From an uncultured Desulfospira sp. (GTDB lineage Bacteria > Desulfobacterota > Desulfobacteria > Desulfobacterales > Desulfobacteraceae): a stretch of 64,000 nucleotides of DNA. The position numbers were made by a program, and so were the translations under genes. Numbering within the stretch: position 1 is the first letter of the stretch; each line of letters opens with the position of its first letter. Positions 28,401 through 40,200 of this stretch are shown here, piece after piece. The stretch lies in assembly GCA_963663165.1 (NCBI GenBank), contig OY760175.1, positions 5,632,001 through 5,696,000 on the forward strand, in the 5' to 3' direction. The notes beneath the pieces are model-generated. The model ran no database searches. It was not told the origin of the DNA and saw only the letters and a list, made by a program, of their open reading frames with translations.

Positions 28401-29404
28401 TCCAAATCAAACACAAGGCTGCGGCCCTGCCTTAAGTCCTCCCGGAGCCGGCCAAGTTTCCGGTCAAGGGCTTCAAGCTTCATCGCTGCCTGCCGCTCGG
28501 CTTCAGAGGTTGGGATGATTTGGGAGATGCCGCCGTTGCGGATCACAATGCGCCGGTGGCCGGAAAGGGCGAGCAAGGGATCATGGGTGGCCATGAGTAC
28601 AATTTTTTCTTCCCGGATCAGCAGGCTTAATGCCTTGCGCCGGTCCACCCCGGCATTTTCAATTTCGTCGATAAGGACAATGGGAGAGGCGCTTAAAAAG
28701 GCAACATCCGCGATCATCAGGGCCCTGGACTGGCCCCCGGAAAGGGAGGTGATGGGCGTATCCAGGTCAAAGGGTTCACCGGCAAGCCCCTTGGCCGCTT
28801 CGTAGATCTGCCTGACCCTTTCAGCGGGATCATGGACCAGGCGGCTTTCGGCATGCAGGGTTAAAAATTCGGCCACGGCCATGTCCATGACAAAATTCAT
28901 GTTCTGGGACAGCTGGGCTACCAGCTGCCGGTCTCCGGACAGCCGCATGGTTTGGTCCGGCAGGACGCCGTTTAACAGAATCTGCCGGCCTGACGGGGTG
29001 TCGGCCCTGGCCAGGCATTCAATGTCCGATAAAAGCCTGCTTTTTCCGGACCCGGTAGGCCCCACTATGCAGACCACTTCTCCCGGGCAAAGCACCACAT
29101 CACAGGCCTCTTTTTTTCCGGATTTGTCACGGCCGGCCACGATGGTCACCTGACGGATGACGTTGTCATGATCTTCTGCTTTGAGCTTTGCCATCCGGGA
29201 TATGAAATCCAGGGCCTGGGCCATGAGGGCTTCATGGGTGAGGCCGTATGCGGAGAGCTTTTCCGTGGATGCCGAAAAGATAACGTCTTTGAGGGTGGCA
29301 TCGTTCCGGGGCAGGGTCATTTCCATGGCCGAAAAAAAATCATGAAGATACGGGTGTTCAGTCAGCAGGGATGTTAAAGACTGTCGGGTTAAATCAGCAG
29401 ACAT
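28397..29404 (-). CDS. ABC-type ATP-binding protein with N-terminal extension
   Basis: GPTGSGKS, LSGGQ, LIDE and ATHD motifs. Confidence 0.88.
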   Translation of the reverse strand: MSADLTRQSLTSLLTEHPYLHDFFSAMEMTLPRNDATLKDVIFSASTEKLSAYGLTHEALMAQALDFISRMAKLKAEDHDNVIRQVTIVAGRDKSGKKEACDVVLCPGEVVCIVGPTGSGKSRLLSDIECLARADTPSGRQILLNGVLPDQTMRLSGDRQLVAQLSQNMNFVMDMAVAEFLTLHAESRLVHDPAERVRQIYEAAKGLAGEPFDLDTPITSLSGGQSRALMIADVAFLSASPIVLIDEIENAGVDRRKALSLLIREEKIVLMATHDPLLALSGHRRIVIRNGGISQIIPTSEAERQAAMKLEALDRKLGRLREDLRQGRSLVFDLE

Positions 29405-29405
29405 T

Positions 29406-30107
29406 TCAGGAAAAATCCATGGTTTTGATGTTGCCGATCTGGCAGTCCGGACCGATTTTGGTTTCTCCCAGGCAGTAAGAGCATAAGGCACCGGGCATGA
29501 TGAAGCGCAGCCGCATGCCGTTTAAGGAGGACACAGGCACAGCCCCTTCCAGGGTTTGGGACAGCAGCAGGCTGCCCTGGCCGGTAAGGCCGTTGACGGC
29601 AATTAAAGATGCTTTGGCATTGGCCTGGCGGACCCTGAAGGCAAAGACCTCCCGTTCGGCCTGGGACACAATATCCCCCTTGGTCAGGACAACCACATCG
29701 GCGTTCCTGAGCATGGGCCCGGTTTTTCTCGGGGTGTCCACCCCGGCCAGGTGGTCGATGACGCATACCGCAAGGACTTTTTTGATGTGGGGGGAGCATC
29801 GGTTGCAAAGACCTGCGCTTTCGCTGATCAGATAGTCCATCCCCTGGCTTTTTCCCCATTGAAGGGCCTGTTCAATATTGGCAATGAAAAAATGGTCCGG
29901 GCAGACCCCGCCGGCAACACCGTTTTTGACGGGGATGCCGGCTTTTTGGTATCTGAGATGGTCATCCCCGGTCAGGCAGTCAAATTTGATGACGCCCACA
30001 GCCTTTTTCAGGGCGGTCAGGTGCTTGACCGTCTGAATGATCACCGATGTCTTTCCTGAAGAGGGCGGACCGGCCACGGTGACCAGTTTGAGTTCAGACA
30101 AAGGCAT
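29406..30107 (-). CDS. G3E-type (HypB/UreG/CobW-like) GTPase
   Basis: GPPSSGKT, CPDH, ESAGLCNRCSP, TKGD and CSYC motifs. Confidence 0.85.
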   Translation of the reverse strand: MPLSELKLVTVAGPPSSGKTSVIIQTVKHLTALKKAVGVIKFDCLTGDDHLRYQKAGIPVKNGVAGGVCPDHFFIANIEQALQWGKSQGMDYLISESAGLCNRCSPHIKKVLAVCVIDHLAGVDTPRKTGPMLRNADVVVLTKGDIVSQAEREVFAFRVRQANAKASLIAVNGLTGQGSLLLSQTLEGAVPVSSLNGMRLRFIMPGALCSYCLGETKIGPDCQIGNIKTMDFS

Positions 30108-30124
30108 GCTTGGATACCGTGTTC

Positions 30125-31333
30125 CTATACCGGTGCCAGGGGCATAAAAATGTCATCGATCTGCCGGTTTAAGTCAACCAGGTCGTTTTGCCTGAGATAC
30201 TCCCATCCCAGCCACCGCAGGGGGCGGGTCTGGACTTCGGCCTCAATGTCGGCATGGGGAACCGGGAACCTGGCATGGGCCAGGGTGGCGGCAAGTCCCG
30301 GGCCGGTCAAATAATCCAGAACCGGTTTCAGCTCAGGGATTCTGTCAGGTTTGGCCTGGAGGGTGACCGGGCTTGCCAGGGCGCCGTCTTCAGGCCAGAT
30401 GATCTTGATCCGGTCCTGGTGCCGGACCCGTTTGGCAAAGAATTCTGGCATCACATAAATGGCACCGTCACTGTTGCTGTCCATGCGTGAGACCATCTGG
30501 GACGGGTGTAGCCCCCGGGCCACGTTGGCGGCCAGGGCTTTTAGCCCCGCTTCCCCGAACTGCTGGAATATGGGCAGCAGTACCGCATGACAGAAAAATT
30601 GTTCTCCTCCCCGGATGGCCAGGCTTTTTTCCCAGACCGGGTCTAAAATATCAACCCAGGTTCGGGGAAGGGGCCGTTCCCCTGCTTGCTCTAAATTCAC
30701 CACCATGACCAGGGGGTTAACGCAAAGAACGGTATACTCGCCTTTGGGGTCCGGGATCCCGGCATCTGTAAAGTTGGCCCCGGGCTGGAAATTCCCATAC
30801 CCTGTAAAATGGCCCGGGGCCACAAATTTTTCATAAAACGAGTGCCCGTAAAATACATTAAAGTCAGAGGATACAATAATGTCAGGAAGTTCATCCGGGT
30901 CCTCAATGGTGCCCACGTAAGCGTAGTAGGACAACTCCTGATTTAAATTGCCCTCTACGGCAAATTTGATGGGCCCCTCCAGCTCCACCCGGTCCATGAA
31001 GCCGGCAAAGGCGCGGCTGAAAGGCATTTTCAGTCCGCAGGGCATGAGCCCGAGCATGGTCAGGTCCCCCTGGGTTTCCATTGAATCCAGCCCCGGCGAC
31101 TCCGGAACCGGTATCGGGTTAACAGCTGACTGCAACAGGCCTATGAAAACATCCAGGTTCATAAACCGGCTGCGCAGGGCCGTTCTAAGGGTTAAAAACG
31201 GGGCCAGGGCCCGCAGGCCGTCATCGCTGACCAGAACGCCCAGCCCGTTGGCCTGGAAAACTTCCCGGGTTTCCGGCCATTGCCGGATGATGTCCGCCAC
31301 TTTCATGTTCTGAGGAATAGTTATCTTACTCAT
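30125..31333 (-). CDS. Substrate-binding-fold protein with N-terminal DUF1858-like domain, no signal peptide
   Basis: MKVADIIRQWPETREVF N-terminus; PRTWVDILDP and IIWPEDGALASP SBP motifs. Confidence 0.8.
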   Translation of the reverse strand: MSKITIPQNMKVADIIRQWPETREVFQANGLGVLVSDDGLRALAPFLTLRTALRSRFMNLDVFIGLLQSAVNPIPVPESPGLDSMETQGDLTMLGLMPCGLKMPFSRAFAGFMDRVELEGPIKFAVEGNLNQELSYYAYVGTIEDPDELPDIIVSSDFNVFYGHSFYEKFVAPGHFTGYGNFQPGANFTDAGIPDPKGEYTVLCVNPLVMVVNLEQAGERPLPRTWVDILDPVWEKSLAIRGGEQFFCHAVLLPIFQQFGEAGLKALAANVARGLHPSQMVSRMDSNSDGAIYVMPEFFAKRVRHQDRIKIIWPEDGALASPVTLQAKPDRIPELKPVLDYLTGPGLAATLAHARFPVPHADIEAEVQTRPLRWLGWEYLRQNDLVDLNRQIDDIFMPLAPV

Positions 31334-31767
31334 CCATTTCTCCTATGGTTCTCCCCATTTAGGGGATGGTACTGCCAAAAAAGGTTTGCAAGTTCAATAC
31401 CGGCTTTTAACACCACAGGAAAAATCTGTCCGGAAATCCTCTGAAACCCCTGAAAAAGGGGCTCTTAAAAGATAAAACAATAAAAAGAATAAGCGGCAGG
31501 CAATAAAACCATGGGGAAGAATAACAAATTTGATTAATGAAATTTCATATTTGTCGTTAAATTGAAGACCAACCCCTTTATGTTTCAACAACCGGTTTTC
31601 AAATGTGATTGAAAATATAGATTTATTTTATCCATCATGATATCCTGGAAACCATCTATGAACGATACCTGCCCCCCAGCGCCGCTGAACTCATGAATAT
31701 GATAAAGAGAGATACGGTTCAACAGGCGTTTTATTCTTTAAAAACAATGCATACTGGAGGCGATCAA

Positions 31768-31956
31768 ATGGCCGAAAACAAAAAACAGGAAGAAAAAGAC
31801 GATAAAACACTGAAATCCGCCCCATGCTGTTACAAGGGCTGCTCAAGTGTCGCCGGTTATGAATGCTCTAAATGCGGCAGCGGATATTGCAGCCGGCATA
31901 TGTCTACAAACGTCGGGGAGTATTCTTATCTATGTTATGATTGCCAGGGCGTATAA
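31768..31956 (+). CDS. Small Cys-rich zinc-finger-like protein
   Basis: GGAGG RBS; CCxxxC-x6-CxxC-x4-CxxH-x11-CxxC pattern in 62 aa. Confidence 0.7.
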   Translation: MAENKKQEEKDDKTLKSAPCCYKGCSSVAGYECSKCGSGYCSRHMSTNVGEYSYLCYDCQGV

Positions 31957-31974
31957 GCACTACTAAAATGTAAT

Positions 31975-32137
31975 GGAGACCGAAAACCGGAGACGGGAGA
32001 CCGGAATGCCAGATTCAGGGATCTGTATTTTGCCCTTAATCACGCGCTTTCTCAAATCTTTTAGAGCAAGAGCATGATTACGGGCAAGAGCAAGAAAATG
32101 GACCATAGGAAATCGTAAATCCGGTCTCCTGTTTCCG
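31975..32137. repeat. Intergenic short-tandem inverted repeat region
   Basis: ggagaccgaaaaccggagacgggagaccgg ... ccggtctcctgtttccg, with internal gagcaa repeats. Confidence 0.6.
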
Positions 32138-32413
32138 TAGGTTTCCCCTTGACTTAGGATGGGGGCTGAACTATAGTTTTCCAAACATAATCCGTTCTGC
32201 TGATTCCCTTTTTTTCTTTTTTGTCATTATTCTGTTTTCTTCTCCATATGCTGAGTGGCGTTCTGTCAAGTTGGTTTGTTGAAAATGGCTCTAATATTTT
32301 ATAGTTACGTTTAATATTCATTTTTGCGGGGCTTTGTCGGCTGATCTGGCCGGCCGGTTTTCGCTTTTTAGGGTATGGCCGTTATAAATTTATTAAATCA
32401 TGAGGAGTTTTGT

Positions 32414-32878
32414 ATGAAGAAACTGGCGAGTATCGCATGTGTGGTTTTTTTTGTGTTGGCGGGTACGGGATTTTCCCAGGACAACGCAACAAAAGAAGAA
32501 TGCATGGCAAAGTGTGAGGAAGCGGTCCGGATGGTCAAGGAAAAAGGGCTTGAGGCGACCCTTGCGGCGATCATGGCTCAAAACAGCCCGTTTGTCTGGA
32601 AAGATACATACATTTTCTGCATTGATACGGAAACGAAGAACACCCTTGCGCATCCCATCAAACCCAAACTGGTCGGCAAGAGTCTCATGCATGTAAAAGA
32701 TACCAACGGCAAACTTTTTTTTGCTGAGTTTGTCACTATGGCAAAAGAGAAAGGGACCGGCTGGGTGGAATATATGTGGCCTAAACCCGGCGAAAAAAAC
32801 CCGTCACGAAAGATTACCTATGTATACAAGGTGCCGGATGAAAACGCCTTAATGGGGGCTGGCATATACGCAGAATAA
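32414..32878 (+). CDS. Secreted single Cache-domain protein
   Basis: Signal peptide; YIF...AHP...KDTNGKLFF...GWVEYMWPKPG. Confidence 0.88.
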   Translation: MKKLASIACVVFFVLAGTGFSQDNATKEECMAKCEEAVRMVKEKGLEATLAAIMAQNSPFVWKDTYIFCIDTETKNTLAHPIKPKLVGKSLMHVKDTNGKLFFAEFVTMAKEKGTGWVEYMWPKPGEKNPSRKITYVYKVPDENALMGAGIYAE

Positions 32879-32971
32879 TGCCATGCACCCGGGCTGTATG
32901 AAAGCGGCCGGCCCTGCTGTATTCCTGGCAGGGCCGGATATTGTTTTTGATCAATTTTCAGGAGGTTGATG

Positions 32972-34981
32972 ATGGGCTCAAAAATGAACAGGTTTTTTAC
33001 AATTAAAACCAAGCTGATTATTTTCGCTGTGGTCGGCATTATCGGGGTTTCCTCCATCAGCATTCTCAGTAAATACTTTGATTATTCTAAAAACCAGGAC
33101 ATACTGATCGGACGGCTGAGTCAGGAAATCGCCACCAATATATCCGATATGATGTGTCTGGAAACGGGACTGATCCGGTCTTCAGGCGGCGACCTTTCTG
33201 AATATGAGGCGAAACGGGCGAACCTTAAAAGGCTCATGACCCAGGTTGAGGAAACCGCGGATCAGGAGGCGATTCAAAAAACGGTTGGGCAAATTGTAAA
33301 CCTGGAGGCACAGCATGCGGCCGTTTTTAAAGAAATCCTTCATGTACTGGTTCAGATCAACAAGACAAAGGACGATTATAACAGCAGCAACGAGAAAATT
33401 ACCGGGCTTTTAAAAACCGTGGTCAGTGACATTGACAGTGAAGATACTGAACGGGCCATGGAAGGGGAGATGCTGTCTCCGGAAAAAATGTCAGCCCGGA
33501 AAGAAACCATCGATTTTCTGTTTTTCGGCAATGAAAAACAGATCAACCTGCTGGGCAATCTGTTTATTTACAATGACCTTGAAAAGTATCTGGCCACTAA
33601 AAATGCCACTAAAAAAGCCATTGACCTTGCGTTGAAAAATCTGGACACTATTTACGCGGCAACGGGGTCTGATGATTTTAAGCAGAAACTGTCCAAGGTT
33701 AAAGAGATTTTAATCACTTCGGATGGTCAGGAACTCAGCCTTTTGGAAGAATGGAAAACATCCAGGACCTTGATGCCCAGGCTGAACGCTTCAGGAAACG
33801 AAGTTAAACAAATTGCCGTTGCCATAGCCAATACAGCCAAAGAAGAACTCAGCCGGAGTATTAAAACCGCCGGAATAAACACCCTTCTGATCTCTGTTCT
33901 GGTGATTCTTGCCTTGATTATTCTGGGGGTTGTTATTACCCGGGGGATTATTCAACCCATCGCTCAGACAGTCGACATGTTAAAGGATATTGCACAGGGG
34001 GAAGGCGATTTGACCAAACGGTTGAATATTAAAAATGAGGATGAGATGGGAGAGCTTTCCCGGTGGTTTAACACCTTTATTGAAAAAATACATGCCATTA
34101 TTCAGAGTATATCGGATAATTCGGGCCGGTTGAACCATACGGCCGGGGAACTGTCAAAGATGGCAGAGCGGCTCGGCCAGACCGCTGATGACACCTCTGC
34201 CAAAACCAACAGCGTATCTGCCGCCGCCGAGGAGATGAGTGTCAATATGAACAATGTGGCGGCGTCAGCCGAAGAGACCTCTTCCAATGTCAACACGGTA
34301 ACCATTGCTGCAGAAGAGATGACCAAGACCATCAGCGACATCAAGCATAGCACGGAAAACACCATGGCCGTGACGTCAAACGCCGTGACCAAGGCCAAAG
34401 AAACCAGCCGGAAGGTGACGGCATTCGGCGAGATCGTCAAAGAGGTCGGCAAGATTACAGAAACCATTTCAGATATATCGGCCCAGACCAACCTGCTGGC
34501 GTTAAACGCGACCATTGAGGCGGCCAGGGCAGGGGAGGCCGGCAAGGGGTTTACCGTGGTTGCCAACGAGATAAAAGACCTGGCATATCAGACCGAAAAA
34601 GCCACCAGTGAGATAAAATCAAAAATTGATAATATCCAGAGTTCCTCTGTGGAAACCACCCGGGAGATCGAGGAAATTTCTACCGTTATTAATGAAGTTA
34701 ACGATAAAGTTGCCCAGATTACCCGGGCCATTGAAGCCCAGTCAGGGATTACCGGCCAGATTGCCGACAACGTGCTGAACGCCTCCAAGGGCATTCAGGA
34801 GGTCACGGATAATATATCCCAGAGTTCCCTGGTGTCTTCAGAAATCGCCAAAGATATTGCTGACGTCAGGGCGGCGGCCGAGCAGATTTCAGAAAGCGGT
34901 TCAAAGCTGCAGGACCGTGCCGGGGCCTTAAGCACTTTGTCAACAGAGCTTGGGGACATGGTCCGCCAGTTTCATTTGTAA
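32972..34981 (+). CDS. Methyl-accepting chemotaxis protein
   Basis: Two TMs, HAMP (GEGDLTKRL...DEMG) and [23 protein letters not shown]. Confidence 0.95.
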   Translation: MGSKMNRFFTIKTKLIIFAVVGIIGVSSISILSKYFDYSKNQDILIGRLSQEIATNISDMMCLETGLIRSSGGDLSEYEAKRANLKRLMTQVEETADQEAIQKTVGQIVNLEAQHAAVFKEILHVLVQINKTKDDYNSSNEKITGLLKTVVSDIDSEDTERAMEGEMLSPEKMSARKETIDFLFFGNEKQINLLGNLFIYNDLEKYLATKNATKKAIDLALKNLDTIYAATGSDDFKQKLSKVKEILITSDGQELSLLEEWKTSRTLMPRLNASGNEVKQIAVAIANTAKEELSRSIKTAGINTLLISVLVILALIILGVVITRGIIQPIAQTVDMLKDIAQGEGDLTKRLNIKNEDEMGELSRWFNTFIEKIHAIIQSISDNSGRLNHTAGELSKMAERLGQTADDTSAKTNSVSAAAEEMSVNMNNVAASAEETSSNVNTVTIAAEEMTKTISDIKHSTENTMAVTSNAVTKAKETSRKVTAFGEIVKEVGKITETISDISAQTNLLALNATIEAARAGEAGKGFTVVANEIKDLAYQTEKATSEIKSKIDNIQSSSVETTREIEEISTVINEVNDKVAQITRAIEAQSGITGQIADNVLNASKGIQEVTDNISQSSLVSSEIAKDIADVRAAAEQISESGSKLQDRAGALSTLSTELGDMVRQFHL

Positions 34982-35066
34982 AGGTTGATCCCATTTGTAG
35001 GAATACCAAAGCCCCTAAGGATGCGCGATCCGGTCTCCGGTCTCCTTTCTTCCGGTTTTACGTTTT

Positions 35067-37019
35067 TTACATATAATCCACCAGGCTCATGCCGATAATG
35101 GATGAACAGGCGCTCAAGGCTGCTTCGTAGGTGGTCTGGGTAGAATTCAGGACCATAATGGCCTCCACCGTGTCCGCATCCTGGACATCGGACAGCCGGG
35201 AGGTCAATGTCAGTTCCGTGTCGGTGATGGTGTCTTCCGTGGCTGTGAGGTTGTCATAGGTGACCCCGATGGCGGAGATGGCGCTGGTCAGGCTCTCATA
35301 ATGGTTGTCCAGCCGGGACATGGCCCGTTCGATGCCGTCCACGTCATCGTTGGCCAGGGCCTCTTTTAAGTCCAGAAGGGTGTCAAAGATGCTCCATGAG
35401 GCTTCGTCTCCCGTGACCCCGCCGGACCCCACGTCAACGGGGTCAAATCCCAGATCCGATGCCGCACTGCTGCCGGCATTGGCCCCGCTGCCGAACAACA
35501 GTTCAAAGGACTCCAGCTGCCGGCCGGTATCGGTATCTTCACGGATTACAAAGGTCATGCTGTCAGCATCGTAAGCCACATCGTAATTAACCCGGCTGCC
35601 GCTTTGGGCAGAGGCTTCTTCTAAGGCATCTTCCACGGCTTTGGCATAAGACTCCGGATCCGTATAGGTTCCGGGCTCGATATAGGCGGTCAAAAGGGTG
35701 GTTTCCCCGTTTTCAAGGGTTTGTGTAAAATCAATGGCATCATTTTCCCCTGCTGTTACCGTGGTGGCACCGCTGACAGCGGATGTGCCCTGGACCGGTT
35801 GGATGGAAACTGTCTCGTCGTCAAAGCCCAAATCCGGCAGGATGCTGTTGTTTTCTTCTCCCTCAACAATGTCAAAGGAAATGGCGTCTCCTGCTTCAGG
35901 GGTTTCGTTCAGATCAATGGTGACATCGGTGACCCCGTCATTGTCAAAATCAATTTCAATGGTGGTGCCGTTCCCATCAATTTGAGTGCCAAGGCCGTAT
36001 CCGGGATCATTTTCAACGGTCCAGGTGCCGTCTTCATTGTAGGTGAGGGTGAAGGGTTCGGATCCTTCCGGCTCCGGGGTATATTCGGTAAGGGCCGATG
36101 CATCGGCGACGTCAATTTCAATATTTTCAAAATCCCCCTCTTCCACGGTGAGGTTGGAAACCCGGCCCATAGAATCGTACTGGGCGATCAGGGTGGTGGT
36201 CATGATGCCGTCATAGCTGCCGTCGGTATCAATGGTAAAGGTGTTCCCGGATTCATCATAGGTGACCTCGTAGACAACGCCGTATCCGCTTTGCGAAGAA
36301 GCTTCGGTCATCAGGTCCTCAATGGTCCGGGCCAGTTCCTCCCGGGTATAGCTCCCGCTGGGAATGGTGACATCAAGGGTCAGGACACTGTCGTCATCCC
36401 TGCCCGGGTCCTCCTGAAAGGTTAGCTGGTTGTTGGTGGTGTCCACAACGATCTCGTCTTCATAGAAGAGGCCGCTGCCGCAGCAGCCCAGTGAGACGGT
36501 GGCGTCATCCCCGGTTTTGATGCTCACAGCATCGGTGCTGCCCAGATAGGTAACACTGGTAGGGGTGTCTTCGTCATCAAGCACAAACGGGGCGGCGTCA
36601 TTTTCATCCCCGGCAAAGACATACCCGCCGTAGCTTTGGGTGTTGGCAAGGTCCAGAATGCTTTCCAGGTATGTCTGGATGCTTTCCACGGCATTGGTCC
36701 GTTCCTGGCTGCTGGCCGATGCATTGGCCAATTGGGAGCACAGCAGGTTGAGTTCCAGAATTTCATCGGCCATGGTGTCCAGGGCGGTCTCGGCACTGGT
36801 CAGGGTGGTCTGGGCCTGGTCAATATTGGACTGGTACTGGTTTAGGCAGGCCATGGTGGAGGAAATGTCCAGCACCTGGGCCATGCCCGACGGATCATCA
36901 GAAATGGTATTGATCCGGCTGCTGCTGGAAACCACCTCATTGGCCTCACTTAAATTACTGGTCAGCTTGCTGAGCTGGTAAGTGGCCTGGTTGTATAAAC
37001 TTATGGTGGGGACCCTCAT
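35067..37019 (-). CDS. flgL: Flagellar hook-associated protein 3, enlarged
   Basis: MRV...SDDP, YVFAG and C-terminal YEAAL...MSLVDYM; follows flgK. Confidence 0.9.
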   Translation of the reverse strand: MRVPTISLYNQATYQLSKLTSNLSEANEVVSSSSRINTISDDPSGMAQVLDISSTMACLNQYQSNIDQAQTTLTSAETALDTMADEILELNLLCSQLANASASSQERTNAVESIQTYLESILDLANTQSYGGYVFAGDENDAAPFVLDDEDTPTSVTYLGSTDAVSIKTGDDATVSLGCCGSGLFYEDEIVVDTTNNQLTFQEDPGRDDDSVLTLDVTIPSGSYTREELARTIEDLMTEASSQSGYGVVYEVTYDESGNTFTIDTDGSYDGIMTTTLIAQYDSMGRVSNLTVEEGDFENIEIDVADASALTEYTPEPEGSEPFTLTYNEDGTWTVENDPGYGLGTQIDGNGTTIEIDFDNDGVTDVTIDLNETPEAGDAISFDIVEGEENNSILPDLGFDDETVSIQPVQGTSAVSGATTVTAGENDAIDFTQTLENGETTLLTAYIEPGTYTDPESYAKAVEDALEEASAQSGSRVNYDVAYDADSMTFVIREDTDTGRQLESFELLFGSGANAGSSAASDLGFDPVDVGSGGVTGDEASWSIFDTLLDLKEALANDDVDGIERAMSRLDNHYESLTSAISAIGVTYDNLTATEDTITDTELTLTSRLSDVQDADTVEAIMVLNSTQTTYEAALSACSSIIGMSLVDYM

Positions 37020-37115
37020 ATTACTTCTCCGTTAAAAAAGCGGTTAGCGGTTAGCATTTAGCCAATAGCCGTTGGCGGTTAGCCGCCCGGCCTGTCTGTT
37101 GCTTGCCGGGGGCTT

Positions 37116-37260
37116 GTGTTTGGGCCAAAAGTTGCCCAGATGCAAGGCGTAACCTAAAGGTCAGAAACCAGAAAAATTTGTAACCGGAGCAACCTTTGGG
37201 GTTGTGAGGATTGCAAATTTTTTTGCAACGCGGCAGATGGGTGACTTTTGGTTCAAACAC
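37116..37260. mobile_element. MITE-like palindromic element with about 28-bp imperfect TIRs
   Basis: gtgtttgggccaaaagttgcccagatgc ... gcagatgggtgacttttggttcaaacac. Confidence 0.7.
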
Positions 37261-40200
37261 TAACTCGTTGCCATCAGGGCATCGAACATCTCCTCTACCG
37301 TGGTCAACAACTGGGCCGCTGCCGTATACGCCTGCTGCTGTGCCGTCAGGTTGATCATTTCCTCGTCCAGGGAGACCGCTGAAACCGAGTTGCGCTGTTC
37401 GGTGAGTTCATACACCAGCAGTTCCGAATATTCAAGGGAGGACTGGACGCTGGATGATGTCAGGCCGATGGAGGCAATCATGGTGTCCTCATAGGTATCC
37501 AGGGTGGTCGTGGTTACCGTGGCCGTGGCGGTCTCCCCTCTGGTATAGTCCCACTCTTTCATCTCAATGGTGGTGTTCCGGGTGTCGGACATGGCCAGGG
37601 CATTGGTGTTGTCCCCCGAAGAGAGTTCCCCGGTGTCCGTGTCCACCATGCCCGAGGCCAGATAATCCCCGTCTTCCACCAGCTCATTGACGCCCATGGT
37701 GCCGGCATCGCTTCCCGTAAAAAAAGTGTTCAGGCCTAAAGCGGCGGCTACCCCGCTGTCCCCATCCTCTTCGTCTCCGGCAAAGGCATAGGAGAAGTCA
37801 GTATCATCCCTTGAGGCCAGTTCCAGCTCAATGGTTCCGTCTCCGGTGACGGTGGCATCAAAGGTGATTTCAATATCCCCGATTCCGTCCCCGTCAAGGT
37901 CTACAGCAAATCCGTCATCGTCCCCGCCTTCGGGAATGATGGAGATAATACCGCCGGTGGGGTCGTTCTCAATTTCCCAGACCCCTTCAGTTCTGACAAA
38001 CTGAAGGTCTTCAACTTCAATGGTCAGGGCGGAATAATCCAGTACCGTGATGGTGGTGTTGTCTTCGGTGATGCCATCGGAGTTGGAATAACTGACATTT
38101 TCGATGGCGCAGTAATCGGAATTGGAATCAATGACCAGGGTGTTGTCCTCGCTGACCGAGGCGGTAATCCCCCCGGCGCTTCGGTTAAGCTCATCGGCAA
38201 AGGAGTCCAGGGTCCAGTGCCAGTCGCTTAGGGTCTCGACGGTTTCAGAACTTTCACCGCTCAGGGAAGAGACCACCTGTCCGTCCTCGTCCGTGGTAAT
38301 GGTAAAGGTGTCCCCGTCCACCAGGGTGCCGGAATTAAAGTAAAGGGTCATGCCGTCCACTTCCACGGCAATGGCGGCAAGGTCTGACTCATTGCCTTCC
38401 AGGGTAAGGGTTCCGGAAGAAGCCCCGCTGGTCCACTCAATGACAATATCTTCATCGTTGTCCGGCAGGGTGCCGCCGGATACCACGGTAAAAGTATAGG
38501 TGTCGTCAATGCTGTTGGCCGTGCCCTTGACCGTGACGTCCAGGGGATCAGCCTCACCATCGGAATCCGTATTGATGGTCAGGGTGTTGCCCGCCACCAG
38601 GCTGCCTTGGGAGATTTCAAAGGACAGGGTGGTCTCTCCGTCCTCGGTGAGTTCCACCAGTCCCGGCCCGTCGATTTCAATATAGCCGGATTCGCCTGTG
38701 GCCTCCCCGTCGCTGTCAAACACCTCATAGTAGATGGTTGCCGAGTCACTCCAGGTCACGGCCGAGGTTGAATCATGAAGGGCATCACCCGAGACCAGGG
38801 TGTCGTTTTCCGGTTCGTCTGTCCCGGTGCCGGTGCCCGTGGAGACTGCAAGTTCAGCGTCCCCGGTGATGGTGTCGGTAAATCCGGTGATGGAAATGGG
38901 GTCGTCTGCCTCGGCAATTCTGACCACACTCACTGAGACCCCGTTCTGGATAACCTCGTACTCGTCCGAGGGCAGGGCAGCGGTCAGGGCAGCGTACAGC
39001 TGATCGGCCTGCGCCATGTCTGAGGTGTCATTTGTGATGGTATAGGAAACCGTATATCCGTCCAGCTCAAATTCAATGTTGTCATTCAGGCTGAAGTTGG
39101 TATATCCGCCGGCGCCTCCCAGGGTGATCAGGCTGTTGCCGGAACTGGTAATACCCGAATCCCCGAAAAGCCCGGCTGCGGTCGAGTCATCGGAAAAGAT
39201 CTCCATGTTCGGATCCGTGAGGATGGTCACGCTGCCGGTGGCAACGGCCGCTGTGGTGCTGCCTGAATCGGCCACCGCAACAGTGCTGGATGTACTGGAA
39301 CTGCCTTCACAACCGCCCAGTTCAAACATGATATAATCGCCGGTGACCTCTACTGGCGAAAACGCGGCCGTATCTGAATTGTCAAAGGCAAGGGTTGTGT
39401 CCCCGGTTGTTATGGTGCTGCCGGAAAGGGCGTCTACCTCTATTGTCGCATCATCTCCCGTATCGCCTGAGGCCGAGGAGAGGCTGATGCCCGTGCCGTC
39501 GGTGGTCCTGATAATCACCTGTCCATTGGTTTCATCCAGTTCCACGGTAAAGGGGGTATCCCCAAGTTCCCCTTCCAAAGCATCGTAAAAGGCCTGGGCC
39601 ACTGCATCACTGTCAGTGGTGTCCACACCCGATAAGTCCACGCTTACGGTGACCTCATCCGGGGTAGACGCATCCGTGGAAAGGGTCAGGGTAACCGTAT
39701 CCCCTTCATCAAAATTCTGGAAATTGTCAAGGTAAATACCGCAATTATCCGTTACCCCGAAATCCTGAACCCCGATGGTGGCGCCCGAGGTGCTTGTAAT
39801 GGTGGTCCCGTCCAGTACCAGGTCGGTGTTCTGGTTGGTTTCGTTGATCTTCTCCACCGCCGCTTCAAGGGCGGCCTCAAGGCTTTCTTCAAGACCTGCA
39901 TCGCTATTGTCATCAACGGTGAAGCTGACGGTTGTTTCCACACCGTCCACGTATAGGGAAAATTCAATGGTATCCCCTTCCTGGGCCCCGGAAACATAAA
40001 GGCTCTCAAGGCTGAGGGTCACCTGGGTGGTGGAGGCATAGGCGGTGATGCCGTCAATGCGGCTGAGCGCTTCGGCAATGTCTGCGGCAGAACGGGTTGC
40101 TCCGGATCCTGAATCGCTGATTTCAAGCGTCTGGGTGCCGCCCGACCCGGTGATGGTCAGGGTTTGTTCGGCTATGGCCGCATCCAGGGCATCGCTCACT

